Assembly (NCBI GenBank): GCA_950072105.1
Contig: CATMOE010000055.1
Coordinates: 1-23,390, forward strand
Direction of reading: 5' to 3'
From: an uncultured Dehalococcoidia bacterium
GTDB taxonomy: Bacteria > Chloroflexota > Dehalococcoidia > Lucifugimonadales > UBA3495
DNA: 23,390 nucleotides
The position numbers and the translations under genes were made by a program. Positions 16,242-23,390 of this stretch are shown here, piece by piece (position 1 is the first letter of the stretch; every line of letters begins with the position of its first letter). A model generated the notes under the pieces. The model made no database searches. It saw only the letters and a list, made by a program, of their open reading frames with translations, and was not told where the DNA came from.

Positions 16242-16295
16242 GGCGAGTCCGCCCGGCACGATACCGTGGTGAAATAACCGGCAAGGAGTGATGTC

Positions 16296-17381
16296 ATGGC
16301 AGTGCAAGATAAGCTGAGCGCTGAGGAACTGAAACAGTACTACAACTCTGCCGACGAAGTCAGGCTTGGCCCCGGGTGGGTTGGCCGGGAACACGAGAAG
16401 CCACCGGAACTTGAGCCGTACATGTGGCGCTGGTCCGACGTGGAACCCTTGGTCCTGAAGAGCGGTGACGTGGTTACTCCGGACCGGGACGTGGAACGAA
16501 GGATCATGCGCCTGGCCACCCCCGGCCTGGAGCGCGGCACCACCCACACCATGGTCGCCGCCCTGCAACTTTTACTTCCTGGCGAGACCGCGCCCTCCCA
16601 TCGCCACACCCCAACCGCCATCCGATGGATCCTGAAAGGGGAAGGGGCCTACACCACCGTGGAAGGCGACAAGTGTTGGATGGAGCCGGGAGATCTGGTC
16701 CTGACCCCGTCATGGACCTGGCACGACCACACCAACGAAGGCAACCAGCCAATGATCTGGCTGGATGGCTTGGACGTGCCCCTAGTAGGGTATTTGAAGG
16801 CCAACTTCTACGAGCAGTTCCCGGAAGACACTCAGCCCGTTCACGGTACCGGAGATTCGATCAAAAAGTTCGCGTCGGGCACTCTGAGGCCTACCTGGGA
16901 ACAGCCGGACCTCGCTTATTCGCCTTTGCTGCACTACAAGTGGGACAAGACCTACGAGGCCCTACAGAATCTGGCCGAGTTGGGATCCGACCCCTTTGAC
17001 GACGTGGCCATGGAGTACAGCGACCCCACCACCGGCGGACCCGTCCTGAGAACCATGACTTGCTGGGTGCAGTTGATCCGCCCAGGTGTGCGCACCAAAG
17101 CCCACCGTCACACCAGCAGCAAGGTTTACCAAGTGTTCAAAGGCGAGGGTTACAGCGTCATCAACGGCCAGCGGTTCGACTGGACCGAGGGCGACTTCCT
17201 AGTGGTGCCGTCCTGGGCCTGGCACGAGCATGCCGCCGCCGACGGCAAAGAGGCCATCCTGTTCTCCATCCAGGACACCCCCATCATGAAATCTATGGCC
17301 CTCTATCGTGAAGAGCCCTATGTCGAGCATGGTGGAAATCAGCCGGTCACCAGCCGTTTCCCGGTGGGAACACCGGCGTAA
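16296..17381 (+). CDS. Gentisate 1,2-dioxygenase / 1-hydroxy-2-naphthoate dioxygenase-like bicupin
   Basis: Motifs W.W, VERR...L.TPG, LQLLLPGETAPSHRHT..AIRW..GEG.YT.VEG, GDLVLTPSWTWHDH, WLDGLDVP, PTTGGP, HRHT and VPSWAWHEH. Confidence 0.9.
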   Translation: MAVQDKLSAEELKQYYNSADEVRLGPGWVGREHEKPPELEPYMWRWSDVEPLVLKSGDVVTPDRDVERRIMRLATPGLERGTTHTMVAALQLLLPGETAPSHRHTPTAIRWILKGEGAYTTVEGDKCWMEPGDLVLTPSWTWHDHTNEGNQPMIWLDGLDVPLVGYLKANFYEQFPEDTQPVHGTGDSIKKFASGTLRPTWEQPDLAYSPLLHYKWDKTYEALQNLAELGSDPFDDVAMEYSDPTTGGPVLRTMTCWVQLIRPGVRTKAHRHTSSKVYQVFKGEGYSVINGQRFDWTEGDFLVVPSWAWHEHAAADGKEAILFSIQDTPIMKSMALYREEPYVEHGGNQPVTSRFPVGTPA

Positions 17382-17419
17382 CCGCAGACTTCCGAGGGCA
17401 CCAATCTCAGGCACACATC

Positions 17420-17459
17420 GGCCGGATCGTGGAATCCCCACGATTCGGCCTTTTGTTTT
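17420..17459 (+). terminator. Rho-independent terminator
   Basis: 13-bp stem GGCCGGATCGTGG / CCACGATTCGGCC (one G-U), 5-nt loop, followed by TTTTGTTTT. Confidence 0.8.
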
Positions 17460-17517
17460 CCAAGCTACCCGGTGGGGCAGTCTACTATCGGCGGGGCACC
17501 GCTAAATCCGCCAAATA

Positions 17518-17546
17518 TTGTCTTACCAGTAGCCGCAGAGTAGTAT
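17518..17546 (+). promoter_or_regulatory. Possible sigma70 promoter for the VOC gene
   Basis: TTGTCT-N17-TAGTAT just downstream of the terminator. Confidence 0.35.
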
Positions 17547-17586
17547 ATTGTCCGAACGCTAGGCTGAAGTCCGAGGAGGCTGCCAG

Positions 17587-18078
17587 ATGTCCAGAGTAAC
17601 GACCATCCACCATGTCAATCTGCAGATCAGCGACCGGGAACAGACCAGAGACTGGTACGAGAAGGTGCTGGGAGCGGAGTTTCTGGACCGGAGTCCGGCT
17701 CTCAATAAAGGTCAACTACAACTTCGTTTGGGGAATGCGGAGATCCACACCAATGACACCAAAGAACCGGTCCGGGTCCCCGGAGTGCATTTCGCTGTCG
17801 AGATAGACGATTGGGATGAAATGATCGCCCATCTAGATAGCCTGGGAATCTTTTACTCCAAGGTACAGAGACAAGCTCCAGGCGCGGAGAAGTCCTGGGG
17901 TATCCGGGACTATACCGGCAACCACTACAGCTACATACGCGACCCCGACGGCAACATCATCGAGATGGTCCACCATCCCCTGGGCATCGAAGACTCTGCC
18001 GGCAAGAAAGTAGACCTGCACCACGACGCCGATAGCCTATCCTGGACCAAACGGCCTGAATTCGACCCGGCGGGGTAG
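17587..18078 (+). CDS. VOC (glyoxalase/extradiol dioxygenase) family protein
   Basis: Motifs IHHVNL.ISD......WYEKVLG, EIH, HFAVEIDD and YIRDPDGNIIEM. RBS GAGGAGG. Confidence 0.88.
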   Translation: MSRVTTIHHVNLQISDREQTRDWYEKVLGAEFLDRSPALNKGQLQLRLGNAEIHTNDTKEPVRVPGVHFAVEIDDWDEMIAHLDSLGIFYSKVQRQAPGAEKSWGIRDYTGNHYSYIRDPDGNIIEMVHHPLGIEDSAGKKVDLHHDADSLSWTKRPEFDPAG

Positions 18079-18080
18079 GG

Positions 18081-18116
18081 CCCTCACCCCCGGACCCTCT
18101 TCCGGAGGGAGAGGGG
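18081..18116. repeat. CCCTCACCCC...CCCTCT..GGAGGGAGAGGG REP-like palindrome
   Basis: CCCTCACCCCcggaCCCTCTTCC-gga-GGGAGAGGG immediately after the VOC stop codon. Confidence 0.6.
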
Positions 18117-18191
18117 CCGGGGGCAAGAAGCGGTTTTTCTAAACCGCGTTTCTACTTTGCGTAACCACTCAACCGGCAGGAGATGTTGATC

Positions 18192-19199
18192 ATGGCGACG
18201 ATTCAGCACGTTATGCGGGACGACCTGAAGGAGTTATCGCCTGAAGAGTTGTACCGGGTCTACATGGAGAAACAGGTCAACTTCGGTATGGTAGCCGAGG
18301 CCATGGATCAACGCCGCCAGCAGAACCGGCTGCATGTGCCTGCCGAGGAAGCTAACGTGGCTGGCGCCGGCCCCGGCCAGCGCATCATCGTGGGGCCGGA
18401 ATTAGGGTTCAACATCCACAATCTTCACGTTTTCACCTCGGGCCGGGACGGCCGTTCCGACAGGTACCACACCCACGGCGACGCTCTGAAATACTACGTC
18501 CAGGGCAGCGGCTTCGAGGAGATCGGCGACGAGAAATTCGAAGTCAAAGTGGGGGATTTTTGCCACGTCCCCGCCAACGTGTGGCATGGCACGATAAACC
18601 CTAACCCGGAACCCCTGGTCTTTCTGGCTGCTCAACAGTTTCCTGGCACCTACCGCCAAGTCACCACTCCCTTCATCCGCTTGGAGTACCCGGATAAGGC
18701 TCCTGAAGTAAAGGACTTGTCGCTGGAAGAGCTGGGCAAGTTGGATCCCCGGCTGCTGTATCTCAAGTACATAGAAGAGCAGTTGGAGTTTGGCAAGGTA
18801 GCCTTGGAGATGCAGCGCCGCCGGGAGCAGAAGCGGCTCTTCGTGCCAGCCTCGGAAGCTCCCCTGATGGAGTGGGGCCCCGGCCGCCATCACATCATGT
18901 CGCCTGAACTGGGGTTCGATATCTACTCCTTTAACCTGTTCATGGAACATGTCGCCCCCCGCACGGAGCATGGCCAGGCCCAAACCTCCGGCGATGCCAT
19001 CCGCTATTACCTGTCCGGCCGGGGTGTTGAGATCATCGGAGACCAGCGAATCGAAGTAAAAGAAGGGGATTTCACCTGCATTCCAGCGGGAAGTAGGCAC
19101 GAGACGATAAATCCCTACGCCGAGCCGATGCGCTTTCTGTGCTGGCAGCAGATTCCCGGCACGTACCTGCAGGTCCACACGCCGTACCTCCCGGCCTAG
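18192..19199 (+). CDS. Tandem-duplicated cupin-domain (bicupin) protein
   Basis: Two homologous halves: YHTHGDA.KYY..G.G.E.IGD...EVK.GDF..VPA..WH.TINP and QTSGDA.RYY..G.G.E.IGD...EVK.GDF..IPA..RH.TINP. ATG 18192 is preferred over 18183 by spacing to CAGGAG. Confidence 0.8.
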   Translation: MATIQHVMRDDLKELSPEELYRVYMEKQVNFGMVAEAMDQRRQQNRLHVPAEEANVAGAGPGQRIIVGPELGFNIHNLHVFTSGRDGRSDRYHTHGDALKYYVQGSGFEEIGDEKFEVKVGDFCHVPANVWHGTINPNPEPLVFLAAQQFPGTYRQVTTPFIRLEYPDKAPEVKDLSLEELGKLDPRLLYLKYIEEQLEFGKVALEMQRRREQKRLFVPASEAPLMEWGPGRHHIMSPELGFDIYSFNLFMEHVAPRTEHGQAQTSGDAIRYYLSGRGVEIIGDQRIEVKEGDFTCIPAGSRHETINPYAEPMRFLCWQQIPGTYLQVHTPYLPA

Positions 19200-19210
19200 C
19201 GGAGCATTCC

Positions 19211-21550
19211 ATGGCACAGCAGCCGTACATCGGCTCTCCCGTCCTTCGCAAAGAGGACCTGCGGTTCCTGACTGGGACCGCCCGCTATGTCGATGACGTG
19301 AAGCTGCCCCATATGCTCCACGCGGCCATTCTGCGCAGCCCCCACGCCCATGCCCGCGTACTATCCATAGACCCTTCCGCCGCTCTGGAGATGGAAGGCG
19401 TTGAGGCCGTTTTCACCTTTCAGGATATCGTGCAGACTGTAGAGCCGCGCCCCATTCCCATGCGTCGGGGGTCTTATTCCGGGTTGGAGCGGTTCCTGCA
19501 ATTTCCGCTGGCGGGAGAGAAGGTTCGATACGTAGGAGAACCGGTGGCGGTGGTGGTAGCGGAGAGCCGTTACCTGGCCGAGGACGCCTTGGACGCCATC
19601 GAGGTGAAATACGAGCCCTTTCCGGCCATCGTCGATGTCTGGGGGTCGAAAAAAGGCGACGTGCTTCTGTTCGAGGAACACGGCACCAATCTGGCCCTGG
19701 AATTCGAGGGTTCGTTGGGCGACCCGGATGGCGCGTTCGCCGAATCGGAGTACACCCGCAAAGAGGAATTTCGCTGCCACCGGCACACCGGCAACCCTCT
19801 CGAGACTCGGGGTCTGGTGGCGTCATTCGATACCGGGACCGGCGACATGACCGTGTGGGGCGAGACCAAGGTGGCCCACTTCAACCGGGGGGTCTTGGCC
19901 TCGCTTTTGCAGATGCCGGAACACCGTATCCACTTCATTGAACCCGACGTTGGCGGAGGATTCGGCATCCGCGGCGAGTTCTACCCGGAGAACTTCATCG
20001 TTCCTTTCTGTTCGATGAAACTGGGCCGCCCAGTCAAGTGGATCGAAGACCGCATGGAGCATCTGATCGCCGCCAACCACTCCCGCGAGCACGTGTGCCG
20101 GTTGGAGATTGCCGCCACCAGTGATGGAGTCATACTGGGAATGCGGGCGGAGATATTAGGCGCGCTGGGTGGCTACGTGCGGACCCACGGCGCCAGCGTG
20201 CCCATCTCAGTGGGGGCGATGCTCATGGGTCCCTACCACATCCCCAACTACCGGTGGCGGATAGAGAGCCTGCTGACCAACAAAGTGGGGATGGGCACCT
20301 TCAGCGCTCCCGGCCGCTACGAGTCGTGCTTCTTCCGGGAGCGGATGTTTGACATGGTAGCCGCCGATCTGGGTATCGACCCGGTGGAAATGCGATTGAA
20401 AAACCTTATCCCGGCCTCGGCCATGCCCTATCATGTGGGTGTGACCCGGCCCGACTCGCCCCCAATGGTCTACGACAGCGGCGATTACCAGGCGGTCCTG
20501 GAAAAAGCCCTGGAGATGATCGACTATCGTGAGATCAGATCCGTCCAGGGTCAGCTAAAGGACGGGAAGTACCACGGCGTTGGCATCGCCTGTTTCGTCA
20601 AAAGCACCGGCGGTGGGGTGCCCTTCGAAGGCGCCAGAATCGTCGTGAGCGGGGCAGACCAGGTAGCCGTTTACTTGGGCATCGCTACCATGGGGCAAGG
20701 GCACGAAACCACCATGGCCCAGATCTGTGCTCAGGGGCTGGGAGTGCCCATTGATTACGTTTCGGTGTACCACGGAAGCACCGACATGATGCCCTACGGA
20801 GGTGGTACCCACGCCAGCCGGGGCACGATCATGGCGGGGAACGCCGTTTTCAAAGCAGCCCAGGAATTGCGGCAAAAGATACTGGGCATCAGCGGCGCCT
20901 ATCTGGACATTGACCCCGATGAGCTGGAATTTTCCCTGGGAAAGGTGCGCGGCAAGTCCGATCCTGAAGGCGAAACTCGCTTGGACTTGGGTCAGGTGCT
21001 GGAGCTGGCCAGCCCGTCTAGCCGATACAACCAAGGGGAGATGGGGTTGGACGTAACCAGCTACTTTAGATCGGATGAAGAGTGCTTCCCCTGTGGCGCG
21101 CACGCGGTCCACTTAACGGTGGACTCGGAGACGGGAAAGATCGAGATAGAGCGTTACGTGGTTGCCGAGGACGTGGGCCATGTGATAAACCCCATGATAT
21201 TGACCGGTCAGATCGTTGGAGCGGCGGCCCAGGGCATAGGAGCGACCATTTTGGAAGAGTTGGTTTACGACGAGGGCGGCCAGCCCCTGGCGGGAAGTCT
21301 CATGGACTACCTGCTACCCACCAGCAGGGACATCCCCCCGATCGAAAGCGCGGTGGTGGACTTGGCGCCGTCGCCGCTGAACCCCCTGGGTGTCAAAGGC
21401 GCCGGCGAGATCGGCATCGTAGCCACCGGGGCCGCCCTGTCCAACGCCGTGTCCCAAGCACTCTCGTCACTGGGGGTCCAAGTGCGGGAATTGCCCCTCA
21501 GCCCCGACAGGTTGGCGCAATTGATCCGGGACAACCATCCGGCTGAGTAG
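19211..21550 (+). CDS. Xanthine dehydrogenase family molybdopterin-binding large subunit (CoxL/CutL-like)
   Basis: Start ATG 19211 after GGAG. Motifs RKEDLRFLTG...YVDD, LRSPHAHA, YVGEPVA, DVGGGFGIRGEFYPE, RPVKW.EDR, GQGHET, ASRG and KGAGE (catalytic Glu). Confidence 0.93.
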   Translation: MAQQPYIGSPVLRKEDLRFLTGTARYVDDVKLPHMLHAAILRSPHAHARVLSIDPSAALEMEGVEAVFTFQDIVQTVEPRPIPMRRGSYSGLERFLQFPLAGEKVRYVGEPVAVVVAESRYLAEDALDAIEVKYEPFPAIVDVWGSKKGDVLLFEEHGTNLALEFEGSLGDPDGAFAESEYTRKEEFRCHRHTGNPLETRGLVASFDTGTGDMTVWGETKVAHFNRGVLASLLQMPEHRIHFIEPDVGGGFGIRGEFYPENFIVPFCSMKLGRPVKWIEDRMEHLIAANHSREHVCRLEIAATSDGVILGMRAEILGALGGYVRTHGASVPISVGAMLMGPYHIPNYRWRIESLLTNKVGMGTFSAPGRYESCFFRERMFDMVAADLGIDPVEMRLKNLIPASAMPYHVGVTRPDSPPMVYDSGDYQAVLEKALEMIDYREIRSVQGQLKDGKYHGVGIACFVKSTGGGVPFEGARIVVSGADQVAVYLGIATMGQGHETTMAQICAQGLGVPIDYVSVYHGSTDMMPYGGGTHASRGTIMAGNAVFKAAQELRQKILGISGAYLDIDPDELEFSLGKVRGKSDPEGETRLDLGQVLELASPSSRYNQGEMGLDVTSYFRSDEECFPCGAHAVHLTVDSETGKIEIERYVVAEDVGHVINPMILTGQIVGAAAQGIGATILEELVYDEGGQPLAGSLMDYLLPTSRDIPPIESAVVDLAPSPLNPLGVKGAGEIGIVATGAALSNAVSQALSSLGVQVRELPLSPDRLAQLIRDNHPAE

Positions 21551-21584
21551 AAGACTCCCGGCGCAGGAAACAACTCCCACCTTC

Positions 21585-21619
21585 GTCCCCCTTTCGTAAA
21601 GGGGGATACAGGGGGATTT
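21585..21619. repeat. TCCCCCTTT-cgt-AAAGGGGGA REP-like element
   Basis: GTCCCCCTTTCGTAAAGGGGGATACAGGGGGATTT: a 9-bp perfect stem plus a GGGGGA direct repeat, between the two Mo-subunit genes. Confidence 0.65.
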
Positions 21620-21669
21620 ACCCCGGCTAAAGGTATTAAAGTTCCTCCCAATAAACAATGAGGCTTTCA

Positions 21670-23390
21670 ATGGCATCAAATCAACAAACCCAAATGATCG
21701 GGGCGTCGGTAAAGCGGAAAGAAGACCCCAGGCTGCTCATGGGCGACAGTATGTATACCGGCGACGTGGACCTCAAAGGCATGGTCCACATGGCGGTGCT
21801 GCGCAGTCCCCACGGCCACGCCCGCATCCGGAATATTGATGTCTCCCAAGCAAGGTCGCACCCGCAAGTGCTGGCCGTCCTAACCGGTGAAGAAGTAAAG
21901 GAGCAATGCCAATCTCAATTCCTGCTATTTGCCGTGAAAGAAGAGACGCGCACTCGAAGCCGGTGGCCCATGGCGGTGGAAACGGCAAAGTATGTAGGTG
22001 AGCCCGTGGCCGTGGTGGTCGCCGCCAGCGCCACTGCCGCATCAGATGCTCTGGAGTTGATAGAAGTAGACTACGAGCCGCTTCCCGCCGTGGTAGATAT
22101 CGAGGCGGCGGCCCGGGGTGACTCTCCTCTGGTCCACGAGGACCTTGGCACAAACCTGAGCGTCGAAACATCTGGGACCGCCGGTGACCCCGAAGGCGCA
22201 TTCCGGGATGCCAGCGGAGTGGTGTCGGTGCGATTGGCCGAGCCTCGCCTGGTGCCCAGTCCCATGGAGTCGAGGGCCGTAGTCGCCAGTTACGAGCGGG
22301 GCACTGGAAACATGACCATGTGGCTGTCCACCCAGACGCCTCACCTTGAACGCAGCTTCATATCTCAGGTACTCGGCTTTCCGGAGAACAAGCTGAGGAT
22401 ACTGTCCAGGGACGTTGGCGGCGGGTTCGGATGTAAGATCGACACCTATCCGGAAACGGTTATCGCGGCCATACTCGCAATCAGATTGGCCAAACCGGTC
22501 AAGTGGGTGGAGGACCGTCAGGAAAACTTCACCTCCACGATCCATGGACGGGGCGAGGTCCAGTACGTTGACGCCGCCTACGACGATGACGGCGTCCTTC
22601 TGGGGATGCGAATAAGCTACTACACCGAACTGGGGGCTTATTCCAGCGGCGGGACCCATTCCGTCGTGGATGCCTCTATTCCCTCGGGCGCCCAAGGCGC
22701 CTACCGGGTCCGGAACCTGGAGTGGACCACCTACGGGGTTTTTACCAACAAGGTGCCCGTCGGGCCCTATCGTGGTTACAGCCAGCAAGCCACTGCCTAC
22801 TTTATTGAGCGGGTCATGGACCTGATCGCCGGCGAACTTGACATGGACCCGGCGGAGGTCAGACGGAGGAATTTCATACCGGCCGACGCCTTCCCTTACA
22901 TGAACCCGATGGGACGGGAGTTCGACAACGGCAACTACGAAGCTGCTTTGGACCGGGCCTTGGAGTTGGCCGGGTACGAGGACCTGCGAGAAGAACAAAA
23001 GCGTTTGCGTGAACAAGGGATCCTGATGGGGATAGGACTGGCGACCAACGTGGACCGGTCCGGCTATGGCCCGCCCAGTAGGGTCAGCGCCCGGGGCGGA
23101 TACGAAAGCGCCGTCGTCCGGGTGGAGCCTACCGGCAAGGTGACCGCCATGACCGGTTCATCGCCCCATGGCCAGGGGATGGAGACCACCTTCGGTCAGA
23201 TCGTGAGCGACAAGCTGGGAGTGGCCATGGAAGACGTGGAGCTGTTGTATGGCGATACGGCCATCGTGCCCTACGGCGTGGGTACCCGGGCCAGCCGGTC
23301 TTTGGTTGTCGGTGGCAGTTCCCTGGTGGAGGCAAGTCTGGTAGTTAGAGAGAAGGCGATCCAGATCGCCGCCGGGCTGCTCCGGGTAGA
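21670..23390 (+). CDS. Second xanthine dehydrogenase family molybdopterin-binding large subunit (3'-truncated by the window; absent from the ORF track)
   Basis: Manual translation from ATG 21670: MASNQQTQMIGASVKRKEDPRLLMG...VLRSPHGHARI...YVGEPVAVV...WLSTQTPH...DVGGGFGCK...PVKWVEDR...TNKVPVGPYRGYSQ...SPHGQG.ET...GTRASRS. The frame stays open to the window end. Confidence 0.93.
   Translation, partial: MASNQQTQMIGASVKRKEDPRLLMGDSMYTGDVDLKGMVHMAVLRSPHGHARIRNIDVSQARSHPQVLAVLTGEEVKEQCQSQFLLFAVKEETRTRSRWPMAVETAKYVGEPVAVVVAASATAASDALELIEVDYEPLPAVVDIEAAARGDSPLVHEDLGTNLSVETSGTAGDPEGAFRDASGVVSVRLAEPRLVPSPMESRAVVASYERGTGNMTMWLSTQTPHLERSFISQVLGFPENKLRILSRDVGGGFGCKIDTYPETVIAAILAIRLAKPVKWVEDRQENFTSTIHGRGEVQYVDAAYDDDGVLLGMRISYYTELGAYSSGGTHSVVDASIPSGAQGAYRVRNLEWTTYGVFTNKVPVGPYRGYSQQATAYFIERVMDLIAGELDMDPAEVRRRNFIPADAFPYMNPMGREFDNGNYEAALDRALELAGYEDLREEQKRLREQGILMGIGLATNVDRSGYGPPSRVSARGGYESAVVRVEPTGKVTAMTGSSPHGQGMETTFGQIVSDKLGVAMEDVELLYGDTAIVPYGVGTRASRSLVVGGSSLVEASLVVREKAIQIAAGLLRV

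Noticed and set aside
19139..19210. N-terminal extension of the 803-aa ORF
   Set aside because: It overlaps the bicupin gene; ATG 19211 has a GGAG RBS and matches the family start.
635..23016. Long antisense ORFs (e.g. 635-1576, 14796-15788, 18402-19217, 22042-23016)
   Set aside because: Shadow frames of well-supported genes in GC-rich DNA, with no motifs of their own.
19211..23390. Aerobic CO dehydrogenase (coxL)
   Set aside because: Neither subunit has the form I AYxCSFR Cu-binding loop, and no cox accessory genes are present.
1..23390. CRISPR array, tRNA/rRNA, transposase or integrase
   Set aside because: No regularly spaced direct repeats, structural RNA signatures or transposase motifs were seen.

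Overview
A GC-rich bacterial window packed with catabolic enzyme paralogues. It has no rRNA, tRNA, CRISPR or intact mobile element. The gene content and intergenic palindromic repeats suggest Chloroflexota/Dehalococcoidia (SAR202-like); this is an inference. In order it holds: (1) a formyl-CoA-centred block: the 3' end of an Frc-like class III CoA-transferase, an HACL/ILVBL-type ThDP enzyme, a stand-alone formyltransferase that looks more like the N-terminal domain of eukaryotic 10-formyl-THF dehydrogenase (ALDH1L1) than like Fmt, and a zinc-ribbon-fused CaiB/BaiF CoA-transferase; (2) an OphC/Pht5-like periplasmic-binding-fold protein and an APH-family kinase lacking its catalytic Asp; (3) five MetE C-terminal-domain Zn thiol-alkyltransferase paralogues from at least three subfamilies around a divergent promoter, plus a small cupin; (4) DUF1800, an NHL beta-propeller and a gentisate-1,2-dioxygenase-like bicupin, followed by a terminator; (5) a VOC protein, an internally duplicated bicupin and two tandem xanthine-dehydrogenase/CoxL-family Mo subunits with atypical active-site loops. 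The second Mo subunit is missing from the ORF track because it runs off the window. The best candidates for new biology are a possible formyl-CoA:tetrahydrofolate formyltransferase route and the five-paralogue MetE-like array.
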